Assembly (NCBI GenBank): GCA_964529965.1 | Contig: CAZHAD010000003.1 | Location: forward strand, 16,660-80,659 | From: an uncultured Leptospirales bacterium | GTDB lineage: Bacteria; Spirochaetota; UBA4802; UBA5550 | Direction: 5' to 3' | Length of the DNA: 64,000 nucleotides | In this document: piece by piece, positions 46,769 to 55,449 of the stretch | Layout: every line of letters begins with the position of its first letter | Numbering within the stretch: position 1 is the stretch's first letter | The notes under the pieces: generated by a model | Seen by the model: the letters and a program-made list of their open reading frames with translations, nothing else | The model's database searches: none | Told to the model about the DNA's origin: nothing | Position numbers and translations under genes: made by a program

Positions 46769-48076
46769 ATGACGGAGCCGGAAGAAAAAAACATCATCCT
46801 CGACAGCATCGCCGACGGAATCTTCACCGTTGACATGGATTTCCGCATCACCTCCATGAACCGCGCGGCAGAGGAGATTCTGGGCATCGATGAAAAGGAC
46901 GCCCGGGGAAAGCTCTGTTTCGAGGTCTTCCATGCCAATATCTGCGAGCACTCCTGCGCATTGAAAGAGACGCTGCACACCGGGGATAAAATAATCAACA
47001 AGACGATATATATCGTCAATTCCAGGGGGGAAAAGATCCCGATCAGCGTGAGCACCGCCCTTTTGAAGAACAAAAAGGGAACGATCATCGGCGGGGTGGA
47101 GACCTTCCGCGACCTGACCCCGCTCGAAACCCTGAGGAAGCAGATCGAGCAAAGCTACACCTTCGAGGACATCGTCAGCAAAAATAAGATCATGCGCGGG
47201 CTCTTCGGCATTCTTCCCGACATTGCGGCGAGCGACAGCTCGGTGCTCATCGAGGGCCGAAGCGGAACCGGGAAGGAGCTGATCGCACGGGCGATCCATT
47301 CGTTAAGCAACAGAAGTTCAAGGCCCCTCGCGGTCATAAACTGCGCGGCGGTGCCGGACCCGCTGCTTGAATCCGAGCTTTTCGGGTACAAGGCGGGGGC
47401 GTTCACCGACGCGAAAAAGGACAAGCCGGGGAAAATAGCCCTTGCAGAGGGAGGCACCCTCTTCTTCGACGAAATCGGCGAGATATCGCCCGCCATACAG
47501 GTGAAGCTTCTCCGCTTCATACAGGAGCGCGAATACGAGCCCCTGGGCGGCACGGCGCCGGTAAAATCAAACGTGAGGATAATATCCGCCACGAACAGGG
47601 ACCTCTCCGTCGCGGTGAAGGAGCGCGCGTTCAGGGACGATCTCTTTTACAGGCTCAACGTCTTCAATATAAAGCTCCCTCCCCTTGCGGATCGGAGGGA
47701 GGACATTCCGCTGCTGGTGAAGCATTTCATCGACAAATACAACGTCCTCAAAAACAAGCATATAGAAGGCGCATCAGATGAGGTCATGAAGATACTGATG
47801 AATTACGATTATCCGGGCAACATCCGCGAGCTCGAGAACATCATCGAGCACGCCTTCGTTCTCTGCCGCGAACCGTATATCCGGACCGCCCATCTGCCGG
47901 TCAATCTCTTGCGGGACGAAGCGGCCTCGGAAAAAACGATGAAGCTGGAAAAGATCGAGCGGATATACATTCTACGCGCGCTCGAGAAAAACTCCTGGAA
48001 CAGGTCGAAGGCGGCCGCCGACCTCGGTATTGACTCCTCGACCCTCTGGCGCAAAATGAAAAAATATAAGATCTAG
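46769..48076 (+). CDS. Sigma-54-dependent transcriptional activator (PAS sensor + AAA+ + Fis-type HTH)
   Basis: PAS region ILDSIADGIFTVDMDFRITSMNRAAEEILG. AAA+ motifs GRSGTGKE, GAFTDA and ESELFGY. C-terminal HTH NRSKAAADLGIDSSTLWRKMKKY. The start at ATG 46769 follows GGGAGG; the track start 46706 is the promoter -35. Confidence 0.9.
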   Translation: MTEPEEKNIILDSIADGIFTVDMDFRITSMNRAAEEILGIDEKDARGKLCFEVFHANICEHSCALKETLHTGDKIINKTIYIVNSRGEKIPISVSTALLKNKKGTIIGGVETFRDLTPLETLRKQIEQSYTFEDIVSKNKIMRGLFGILPDIAASDSSVLIEGRSGTGKELIARAIHSLSNRSSRPLAVINCAAVPDPLLESELFGYKAGAFTDAKKDKPGKIALAEGGTLFFDEIGEISPAIQVKLLRFIQEREYEPLGGTAPVKSNVRIISATNRDLSVAVKERAFRDDLFYRLNVFNIKLPPLADRREDIPLLVKHFIDKYNVLKNKHIEGASDEVMKILMNYDYPGNIRELENIIEHAFVLCREPYIRTAHLPVNLLRDEAASEKTMKLEKIERIYILRALEKNSWNRSKAAADLGIDSSTLWRKMKKYKI

Positions 48077-48169
48077 GCATTCCCAACAAAAATATATTTG
48101 CAATTTCAAGTTCCCGGTTTGATAAATACGTACAATCGCGTTTATGATTTTCTTTTACACAGGCACAAC

Positions 48170-49375
48170 ATGAATAATAAATCGTACATGGATGCGTTTG
48201 ACCAGAAAGGAAAAAGCGAAAAGATCTGCAAAAATTGCGGGTTATGCCTGCAAAAATGCCCGGTAATGAGAATGGACAAAAACGAAGCCATTGCCGAGCA
48301 TGCCCGCTTGAGAAACGGAGAGAGCACGCTGCGCGTCCTGCAGGAATGCGATTTCTGCTACAATTGCAATACGTACTGCCCGCACGGCCTGAACCCCATG
48401 GCCCTCATCATGGCGCGCATCTCGGACAGGATAAAAAAATCAGGGAAGGGGATACCGGAATATCTCCAATATCTCTTTGTCGGCCGGGGGGAGCCTTCTG
48501 TATTTGAGGACTTATATAAAATGCTGCCTGAAGAAGAACAGTCGGTCCTGGACCGATGGGAAACGCCTCCGGCAAAATGCAAAGAGGTTTTGTTTATCGG
48601 GTGTATCGGCAGGGAGATACCCCTTGAAATCGAACATTCCTCCGTGCTTAAGGAGCTCCCGAAGTACGGGCCGCGCATCGCCTGCTGCGGCGAGCTCCCC
48701 TTCCGGCTGGGGGATTTCAATGAATTCAGCAGGATTGCGGAAAGGACGATGACGCTGCTTTCAAAACTTCAAACCGACCGCCTGGTATGCTACTGCGGCT
48801 CGTGCACGCACTCGTTCATGAACATCTGGCGCCAGTATCTGGGCGTCACCCTGCCGTTTGAGATCGTGTCCGTATGGGAATGGCTCTGGGACAAGGTCAG
48901 AAACAAGGAGCTTGTCGCACGAAGAACAATAGCGAAAAAAATCGCGCTCTCGGATTCATGCTACGGCAGCGAGCTGGGCGATCCGTTCTTTGCCGCGGTC
49001 AGGGGTCTGCACGAGGCGGCCGGGTTTGAAGTCGTCGAGCTGCAAAACAACCGGTATGACAACCATTGCTGCGGCATGGTGAGCATTGTCCGGAACGACT
49101 TTGACTTCATGCAGCCGCTCAAAGCGGCGCAGAGAAAAATCGGGCAGGTGATGGAATCCGGAGCGCCCGGTGTGGCCTGCTATTGCCCGGGGTGTTTGAC
49201 GCGGCTTGCGGGCCCTGCGAAAAAGGCGGAGCTGGAGTCAAGATATTCGCTGGAGGACATCCTCTGGGCTTTTGGTGACGATTGCGAGGTTCCCTTGAAG
49301 AAGCGGCTGTCTTTGCAGAGCAAGCTTGTCGTGGAGCAATTCCAGAAATACATGGCCCGTTCGTCATCCCAATAG
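48170..49375 (+). CDS. (Fe-S)-binding protein, HdrD-like with CCG domains
   Basis: CKNCGLCLQKCP and CDFCYNCNTYCP motifs. CCG-type motifs ACCGE, CYCGSC, HCCGM and CYCPGC. ATG 48170. Confidence 0.75.
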   Translation: MNNKSYMDAFDQKGKSEKICKNCGLCLQKCPVMRMDKNEAIAEHARLRNGESTLRVLQECDFCYNCNTYCPHGLNPMALIMARISDRIKKSGKGIPEYLQYLFVGRGEPSVFEDLYKMLPEEEQSVLDRWETPPAKCKEVLFIGCIGREIPLEIEHSSVLKELPKYGPRIACCGELPFRLGDFNEFSRIAERTMTLLSKLQTDRLVCYCGSCTHSFMNIWRQYLGVTLPFEIVSVWEWLWDKVRNKELVARRTIAKKIALSDSCYGSELGDPFFAAVRGLHEAAGFEVVELQNNRYDNHCCGMVSIVRNDFDFMQPLKAAQRKIGQVMESGAPGVACYCPGCLTRLAGPAKKAELESRYSLEDILWAFGDDCEVPLKKRLSLQSKLVVEQFQKYMARSSSQ

Positions 49376-49431
49376 CGGGCAGGCTCTTCCTGCCCGAAAA
49401 TATTCTGCAACTGTATGTTAATCGATGGGTA

Positions 49432-49476
49432 TTGCAAAATGCACGAATCTCTACGCATCAGATTTGCAAAACGCAA
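49432..49476. promoter_or_regulatory. Candidate enhancer (UAS) pair for the sigma-54 activator
   Basis: TTGCAAAATGCA (49432-49443) and TTGCAAAACGCAA (49464-49476) have starts 32 nt apart. They lie about 215-260 nt upstream of the -24/-12 promoter. Confidence 0.35.
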
Positions 49477-49689
49477 TGATCCTGGCACTTGAGGTATATT
49501 TAATGTCACATCAGCACTTTTAAAATCAATACAATTCAATTATTGCGTAATACTTAGTGCCTTCAAAAGTGAAGTCAGTCCATAAGTCAGCCACAAAGGC
49601 AAAGAAGCCGCAGGGATTAATATAGTTTATTAATAAAATGCTCATCTATGCGTAATTAAAAGTGTTTTCCTTAACCTTTTCACGAGGTT

Positions 49690-49704
49690 TGGCACGAATA
49701 TTGC
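49690..49704 (+). promoter_or_regulatory. Sigma-54 (-24/-12) promoter
   Basis: TGGCACgaataTTGC matches the consensus TGGCAC-N5-TTGC exactly. Lies 14 nt upstream of the 49718 start codon. It is the only such match found by eye on either strand. Confidence 0.8.
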
Positions 49705-49717
49705 TTTAATAATTATC

Positions 49718-50137
49718 ATGAAAAGCGAGGTAATAGCGATACCGGCGTTTCAGGAACGGGTATCCCCGCTGCTCGACGTGTCGGACCGATACGCCATATA
49801 CGAAACCGAAAACGGCGAGATAAAACAGAAGGTCGGAATAACGGTCGCATGCGACAGCGATGCGCAGAGGATTGAAAAGCTGAAGGAGATAGGCGTCGAC
49901 ACCATCATCTGCGGAGCGGTGAGCGGCTATATCGCTCGCTTCATAAATGAAAGGGGAATGAGGCTTGTATCGATGATATACGGGCCCCTGGAGGAAATAA
50001 TCGACGCCTACCTGAGAAACGCATTACCCGCATGCCGCACCGGCCCGGTTGCATGCGGGCGCCGGCAAAGAAGGAGGCGCGGCCCGGGAAGCGGCGCGGC
50101 CGCGCGGAGAAATCATACAAAGGAGGAGGAGCGATGA
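49718..50137 (+). CDS. NifX/NifB-C-terminal-like domain protein with an Arg-rich C-terminal tail
   Basis: MKSEVIAIPAFQERVSPLLDVSDRYAIYE...IICGAVSGYIARFINERGMRL. Tail CGRRQRRRRGPGSG. Confidence 0.65.
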   Translation: MKSEVIAIPAFQERVSPLLDVSDRYAIYETENGEIKQKVGITVACDSDAQRIEKLKEIGVDTIICGAVSGYIARFINERGMRLVSMIYGPLEEIIDAYLRNALPACRTGPVACGRRQRRRRGPGSGAAARRNHTKEEER

Positions 50138-50493
50138 AGATAGCGGTGACCTCGACGACAAAAACCATAGACTCGCTCATGGATGAACGGTTCGGAAGGG
50201 CCAGTGGTTTTATTATCTTTGACACCGAAACGAGCGGGTACGAGCATATCGACAACACGCAAAATCTGAATTCGACCCAGGGAGCGGGCATTCAGGCCGC
50301 GAAGTCGGTGATAAACACAGGTGCGACCGTGCTCATCACGGGAAACGTCGGACCCAAGGCGTATGCGGCGCTCGCGGCTGCGGGAGTGGAGGTCTTCCTG
50401 AAAAAAGGGGGAACGGCCATGGATGCGGTCGGGGCCTATCTCTCGGGCGCGCTTGCGAAAGCGGCTGAGGCGAATGCCAAAGCACACTGGTGA
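50134..50493 (+). CDS. NifX/NifB-C-terminal-like domain protein
   Basis: AGGAGGAGGA RBS and an ATGA overlap with the upstream gene. MKIAVTSTTKTIDSLMDERFGRASGFIIFD...VLITGNVGPKAYAALAAAGVEVF. Confidence 0.75.
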   Translation: MKIAVTSTTKTIDSLMDERFGRASGFIIFDTETSGYEHIDNTQNLNSTQGAGIQAAKSVINTGATVLITGNVGPKAYAALAAAGVEVFLKKGGTAMDAVGAYLSGALAKAAEANAKAHW

Positions 50494-50603
50494 TCACAAG
50501 AGGTAAGCGGCAAAGATTGAATCGCTGTTTTAAAAAATCGTAACGCGATACTTTCCGGTTCAGTGTATATTTTTAATTTAAAAAAAAAATTCATGGTTGG
50601 GTC

Positions 50604-51446
50604 ATGAAAACTAAAATTACGGTGGTATGCGAGAATAGCGTCGTGGTACCTCTGCCCCTCATCGGAGAGCACGGATTCTCATGCCTGATCGAATCAGAAG
50701 AGGTCACGCTTTTCGATACCGGCCAGGGTCTCGGCATCTTCAACAATCTGAAAAACATGGGAAAAAACATCGACGGAATTAAGCGCGTGGTCCTGAGCCA
50801 CGGGCATTACGACCATACGGGCGGCCTCCTGTCGGTTCTTGAAAGCAGGAACGAGAAGACCCCCGTGTTCGTCCACCCTGACGCCTTCAACGACAAGCGG
50901 GCGGTCATCGCCGCGCCGCAACGAACGATCGACGTCCCCATAGGCATGCGCGCCTCAAAAGAGGCATACGAGCAGGCGGGTGCGGAATTCAATTTTATCA
51001 GGGGATTTGTAAAAATCACCAATTCCATTTCCGCCCTGTCGGAGGTGCAGCGTCCCTCGGGCTGGAAAACCTGGGACAGCCGTCTCAAGCAAAAAGTCAA
51101 CGATATAAATTCCGATGATCCATTCACCGACGACCTCTCGCTTCTGATCACGACAGAATCGGGCCCGGTGGTGCTTCTGGGGTGCGCGCATGCGGGGATC
51201 GTCGAAATCCTTGATGATATTTCAAATAAAACGGGATTCCGTGAATTCCACGCGGTCATCGGCGGCACGCACCTTGAAAGCGCGCCCGAGGACTACATCG
51301 CCAGGACCTTCGACACGCTCAGGAGGTATGCCGTGTGCATAATCGCCGTGTCCCATTGCACCGGATTGAAAACGGCGTGCAGGTTCGCATCTGAGTTTAA
51401 GAGCGAATTCGCTCACGCCTCGGTCGGAAGCGTTTTCGAGTTTTAA
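50604..51446 (+). CDS. MBL-fold metallo-hydrolase (COG1237-like)
   Basis: LSHGHYDHTGGL (HxHxDH) and a later GCAHAG region. 280 aa. Confidence 0.8.
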   Translation: MKTKITVVCENSVVVPLPLIGEHGFSCLIESEEVTLFDTGQGLGIFNNLKNMGKNIDGIKRVVLSHGHYDHTGGLLSVLESRNEKTPVFVHPDAFNDKRAVIAAPQRTIDVPIGMRASKEAYEQAGAEFNFIRGFVKITNSISALSEVQRPSGWKTWDSRLKQKVNDINSDDPFTDDLSLLITTESGPVVLLGCAHAGIVEILDDISNKTGFREFHAVIGGTHLESAPEDYIARTFDTLRRYAVCIIAVSHCTGLKTACRFASEFKSEFAHASVGSVFEF

Positions 51447-51461
51447 CAAGGGGAGTGGGCC

Positions 51462-52322
51462 ATGAACATAACGGTAGCGAGCGGGAAGGGAGGCACGGGA
51501 AAGACGACCGTTGCGCTGTCCCTGGCGGCGTGTTATTCACGCAACGGCATACGCGTCTCCATACTCGACTGCGATGTCGAGGAGCCGAATGTCAATCTCT
51601 TCCTGAAGGCCGAAATAGAGGGCGTCGAAACCTTCAGCATGCCGGTCCCCCGTGTGGAGGAATCACGCTGCACAGGATGCGGGGAGTGCGAGCGGATATG
51701 CGCATTCAACGCCGTCGTGCTTGTAAAGGGAAAGCCGCTGATCTTCCCGGAACTGTGCCATTCATGCGGGGGGTGCGGCCTCGTCTGTCCCGAGGGCGCG
51801 GTCACGGAAACGGCTAAACCGATCGGCGTTATAGAAAGTGGGTACAGAGACGGCGTCAGCTACGCGGGTGGCAGGCTCAATATAGGCGAGCCGATGTCCC
51901 CGCCGCTCATCAGGGAGGTGAAGCGGCGCCATATGGAATCGGACGTCAGGATCATCGATTCGCCTCCGGGTACGTCCTGCCCCGCGGTGGAAGCAATGAA
52001 GGAAAGCGATTACGTTGTGCTGGTGACCGAGCCCACTCCTTTCGGCCTCCACGATCTTACCCTCGCCGCGGGTGCGGTGCGCGCGCTCGGGATCCCGTTC
52101 GGCGTGGTGGTCAACCGGGCGGACATCGGCGACGACTCCTTTATGGAAGAGTGCCTGGCCAGGAGGTATGAGATTATCGCAACCATCCCCCATTCAAGAG
52201 AAATCGCGGAATCATATTCGCGCGGCGACTGCATTTCATATATAATGTACCGCTATCGCGAAGAAATAGAAAAAATCGCGTCACGCGCGGAATACTGCAA
52301 TGCGAGGAACGTTCGGGCATGA
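51462..52322 (+). CDS. MinD/ParA-class P-loop ATPase with inserted 2x[4Fe-4S] ferredoxin module (COG1149-like), type 1
   Basis: SGKGGTGKTT P-loop. CTGCGECERICAFNA and CHSCGGCGLVCPEGA motifs. DSPPGTSCP. Confidence 0.85.
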   Translation: MNITVASGKGGTGKTTVALSLAACYSRNGIRVSILDCDVEEPNVNLFLKAEIEGVETFSMPVPRVEESRCTGCGECERICAFNAVVLVKGKPLIFPELCHSCGGCGLVCPEGAVTETAKPIGVIESGYRDGVSYAGGRLNIGEPMSPPLIREVKRRHMESDVRIIDSPPGTSCPAVEAMKESDYVVLVTEPTPFGLHDLTLAAGAVRALGIPFGVVVNRADIGDDSFMEECLARRYEIIATIPHSREIAESYSRGDCISYIMYRYREEIEKIASRAEYCNARNVRA

Positions 52323-53182
52323 TCCGGGAACTGGTGATCATCAGCGGAAAGGGGGGGACGGGAAAGACGAGCATAGCGGCTTCGTTCGCGGCGCTTGCGA
52401 AAAACAAGGTCATGGCCGACTGCGACGTGGACGCGTCCGACCTTCACCTGGTATTGCAGCCCGGGATCATTCAAACCGAACCCTTTGAAGGCGGCATGAA
52501 GGCATTCATCAACAAGGGCCTGTGCGCCTCATGCGGAGAATGCCTGCGGACATGCCGCTTCGACGCGATCGACGATAATTTTGACGTGGACCAGATATCC
52601 TGCGAGGGGTGCGGAGTGTGCGCGCGTTTCTGCCCCCAGGAGGCGATTGAAATGAGGCGACACGTTTCCGGCAAATGGTTCGTGTCCGATACACGACACG
52701 GGCCGCTCGTGCACGCCCGCCTCGGCATCGCGGAGGGGAATTCGGGCAAGCTCGTCACCCTTATCAAAAAGAAGGCACGTGAGATCGCGGACGAAAGGGG
52801 ACAAGGCCTCGTCATCGTGGACGGCTCGCCGGGCACGGGCTGTCCGGTCATCGCCACGATCTCCGGCGCATCCCTGATCCTGATCGTGACCGAGCCGACC
52901 GTGGCAGGGCTTCACGATCTGCAGAGGGTCTTCGATCTGACCCGCCATTTCCGCGTCAAAGCGGCGGTCTGCGTCAACAAGGCCGACATCAACCCGGACA
53001 AGGCCGCGGAGATAAAGGCGTTTTGCGAACAAAACGCCGTCCCCCTGCTGGCGTCCGTTCCCTATGACACTGAAGTGACGCGGGCGCAGGTGGCCGGAAA
53101 AAGCCTTGTGGAATTTTCCGGGGGAACGGCATCCCGGATATTACGTTCAATGTGGAAAGATATCGAAATATTGTTACATTAG
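52319..53182 (+). CDS. MinD/ParA-class P-loop ATPase with inserted ferredoxin module (COG1149-like), type 2
   Basis: SGKGGTGKTS P-loop. CASCGECLRTCRFDA and CEGCGVCARFCPQEA motifs. DGSPGTGCP. ATGA overlap with the type-1 gene. Confidence 0.85.
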   Translation: MIRELVIISGKGGTGKTSIAASFAALAKNKVMADCDVDASDLHLVLQPGIIQTEPFEGGMKAFINKGLCASCGECLRTCRFDAIDDNFDVDQISCEGCGVCARFCPQEAIEMRRHVSGKWFVSDTRHGPLVHARLGIAEGNSGKLVTLIKKKAREIADERGQGLVIVDGSPGTGCPVIATISGASLILIVTEPTVAGLHDLQRVFDLTRHFRVKAAVCVNKADINPDKAAEIKAFCEQNAVPLLASVPYDTEVTRAQVAGKSLVEFSGGTASRILRSMWKDIEILLH

Positions 53183-53212
53183 TATTAATAGCAAATCAGA
53201 AGGATAAATTAA

Positions 53213-54091
53213 ATGTTGAAAAAGCAGGCTGAAGAAGCATCAAACAACCAGAACCCTGAGGGACCCGTACATGCGGACAAAGAGGCGGAGGAACGCGCCG
53301 CGCTCAAAAAGAACATGGACAGGATATCCCATAAGATCATAGTTCTTTCCGGCAAGGGCGGCGTGGGCAAAAGCACGGTGGCCGTAAACCTCGCCGTTTC
53401 CCTTGCAGAAAAAAAATTCAAGACCGGGCTGCTCGATATCGACATTCACGGCCCCAGCGTCCCGAAGCTCCTGGGAATCGAAAAGGGCCAGGTGCTCGGA
53501 GCCGGAGACGGAAAACTGCTGCCGGTTGAATACAACGAGCACCTCAAGGTCATGTCAATCGGTTTTCTGCTCCAAGACCACGACGATGCGGTGATCTGGC
53601 GCGGGCCGTTGAAATACGGCGTCATCAGGCAGTTCCTCTCCGACGTGGACTGGGGCGAGCTTGACTATCTCATCATCGATTCCCCGCCGGGGACCGGAGA
53701 CGAGCCCCTCACCATATGCCAGCTCATCGAAAATCCGGACGGGGCGATCGTAGTCACCACGCCGCAGGACGTCGCGCTCATCGATGTCAGAAAATCCATA
53801 AGCTTCTGCAAGCAGCTCAATATGCCGGTCATCGGAGTCATTGAAAACATGAGCGGGTTCGTCTGTCCCCATTGCGGAAAAGAAACCGACATATTCAAGA
53901 ACGGCGGCGGGAAAAAAATGGCCGGCGAAACGAGCGTTCCCTACCTCGGCAGTATACCGATCGAGAGCCGCATCACTGCAAGCGGGGACAGCGGAAAGCC
54001 CTTTTACGATGCCGCCGGAGATATCGCCACCGCGGCCCAGAAAAATTTTTCATCCATCGTGGAAACAATAATAAAAGGAGCAACAAAATGA
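53213..54091 (+). CDS. Mrp/NBP35 (ApbC) family Fe-S cluster carrier ATPase
   Basis: SGKGGVGKSTVAVNLA, DSPPGTGDE, and the CPHCG motif in ENMSGFVCPHCGKETDIF. Confidence 0.9.
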   Translation: MLKKQAEEASNNQNPEGPVHADKEAEERAALKKNMDRISHKIIVLSGKGGVGKSTVAVNLAVSLAEKKFKTGLLDIDIHGPSVPKLLGIEKGQVLGAGDGKLLPVEYNEHLKVMSIGFLLQDHDDAVIWRGPLKYGVIRQFLSDVDWGELDYLIIDSPPGTGDEPLTICQLIENPDGAIVVTTPQDVALIDVRKSISFCKQLNMPVIGVIENMSGFVCPHCGKETDIFKNGGGKKMAGETSVPYLGSIPIESRITASGDSGKPFYDAAGDIATAAQKNFSSIVETIIKGATK

Positions 54092-54426
54092 AAATAGCAC
54101 TGCCCATATCGGATAATAAGCTCTGCATGCACTTCGGACACTGCGAGCGCTTTGAGGTCTTCGATGTTGACGACGACACCAAAGAGATTACCGCGCGCGC
54201 GACGTTCGACGCGCCGCCGCACCAGCCCGGGCTTCTGCCGCGCTGGCTGGCTGAGAAAGGGGTGACGTGCGTAATTGCCGGCGGCATGGGCTCACGCGCC
54301 GTCGACATTTTCAGGGAAAACGGCGTGAGCGTCGTCACGGGAGCGAATGCGGGGGAACCGGATTCGATCGTGAAAGATTTTATCCAGGGCCGGCTCATTG
54401 CTGGCGAGAACGTGTGCGACCATTAA
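54088..54426 (+). CDS. NifX/NifB-C-terminal-like domain protein
   Basis: ATGA overlap with the Mrp gene. MKIALPISDNKLCMHFGHCERFEVFDV...CVIAGGMGSRAVDIFRENGVSVV. Confidence 0.8.
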   Translation: MKIALPISDNKLCMHFGHCERFEVFDVDDDTKEITARATFDAPPHQPGLLPRWLAEKGVTCVIAGGMGSRAVDIFRENGVSVVTGANAGEPDSIVKDFIQGRLIAGENVCDH

Positions 54427-54516
54427 CATTACTCACGCCGCGCACATGGTCCATTGACGAACATCCTGATCGATATGGGGGAGTGCCGATACTGATCAAG
54501 GCCGGGGGTAAGCGGC

Positions 54517-54837
54517 ATGGATGAATTTAAATTTAGAAGCGAGGAAATTATCGAGGCGTGCCGCCTCCTGGGAATCGAGGACGGCCATTCCCTTAGAGAT
54601 GTGAAGCGCGCGTATCGCCGTCTGGCCGCGCATCTTCATCCGGATGTCTGCGATGAACCGCTGGACGTGTGCGCAGGGCGCTTCCAGGCCCTCAAAAGGG
54701 CCTATGACCTGCTCGTTCACCACTGCGAAACGCATCCCATTCGTTTTTCAGCGGATAAAAGGCGCAGCGACCCCGAATTTGACCATATCATGAGGTTTTA
54801 CGACGGCTGGCTTGGTGATATTCCAAAAAAACGTTAA
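54517..54837 (+). CDS. J-domain-only protein (DnaJ/HscB-like co-chaperone)
   Basis: LLGIEDGHSLRDVKRAYRRLAAHLHPDV, with the HPD tripeptide. 106 aa. Confidence 0.75.
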   Translation: MDEFKFRSEEIIEACRLLGIEDGHSLRDVKRAYRRLAAHLHPDVCDEPLDVCAGRFQALKRAYDLLVHHCETHPIRFSADKRRSDPEFDHIMRFYDGWLGDIPKKR

Positions 54838-54867
54838 TGAACATCAGAAAAATAGCGGCGGATTCAC

Positions 54868-55161
54868 ATGGGCATCAGGTTAAATAATGTGGAAATTGAG
54901 CTGATTCTCGGACAAGGCTGCTGCATCGAATGCGCGGCCAAGCGTGAATACAACAGGCGCATGGCACACATCATGACAAGCGATGTGACGACCGAACCGG
55001 ATGATGAGACCAAAATGGAGCTGCTGCTGGACTTTCTTGAAACGGCTGATTTCGCCGCACTCCGTGCTTCCGACGAAAGCCTTGCGGGGATGCGAGATTC
55101 CCGTTGCCTTTTAAGAATGAGCGACGACGGCAAGCCGCATGTGACCGTCATTGAACGTTAA
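54868..55161 (+). CDS. Hypothetical 97-aa protein
   Basis: ATG ORF with coding-like composition. Contains GCCIEC. No family recognised. Confidence 0.45.
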   Translation: MGIRLNNVEIELILGQGCCIECAAKREYNRRMAHIMTSDVTTEPDDETKMELLLDFLETADFAALRASDESLAGMRDSRCLLRMSDDGKPHVTVIER

Positions 55162-55193
55162 TTTTATTCTTAATCTAATATAGAGGAATCAAC

Positions 55194-55430
55194 ATGCCAA
55201 CGTATGAATATCATTGTACACAATGCGGATATCGTTACGAGCTCTTTCAGAGAATGAGCGACGAGCCGCGTTCTGCGTGCCCCTCATGCGGCGGAGAGGG
55301 GAAGCGATTGATTTCCGCGGGCGCGGGAATCATCGTCAAGGGAAAAAATACCGCGCCGACTCCCTGCGGGAACGACAGCCCATGCTGCGGCAGGGGTGAG
55401 CCGTGCGGGAAGTCTTTTGAGTGCGGATAA
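55194..55430 (+). CDS. FmdB-family zinc-ribbon protein (CxxC_CxxC_SSSS type)
   Basis: [34 protein letters not shown]. Confidence 0.8.
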   Translation: MPTYEYHCTQCGYRYELFQRMSDEPRSACPSCGGEGKRLISAGAGIIVKGKNTAPTPCGNDSPCCGRGEPCGKSFECG

Positions 55431-55449
55431 TATATTAAAGGAGGCGCCT

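Noticed and set aside
49483-49500. A second TGGCAC (CTGGCACTTGAGGTATAT) as an additional sigma-54 promoter.
   Set aside because: The -12 position reads GTAT instead of TTGC (no GC dinucleotide at the required spacing), and no gene starts nearby.
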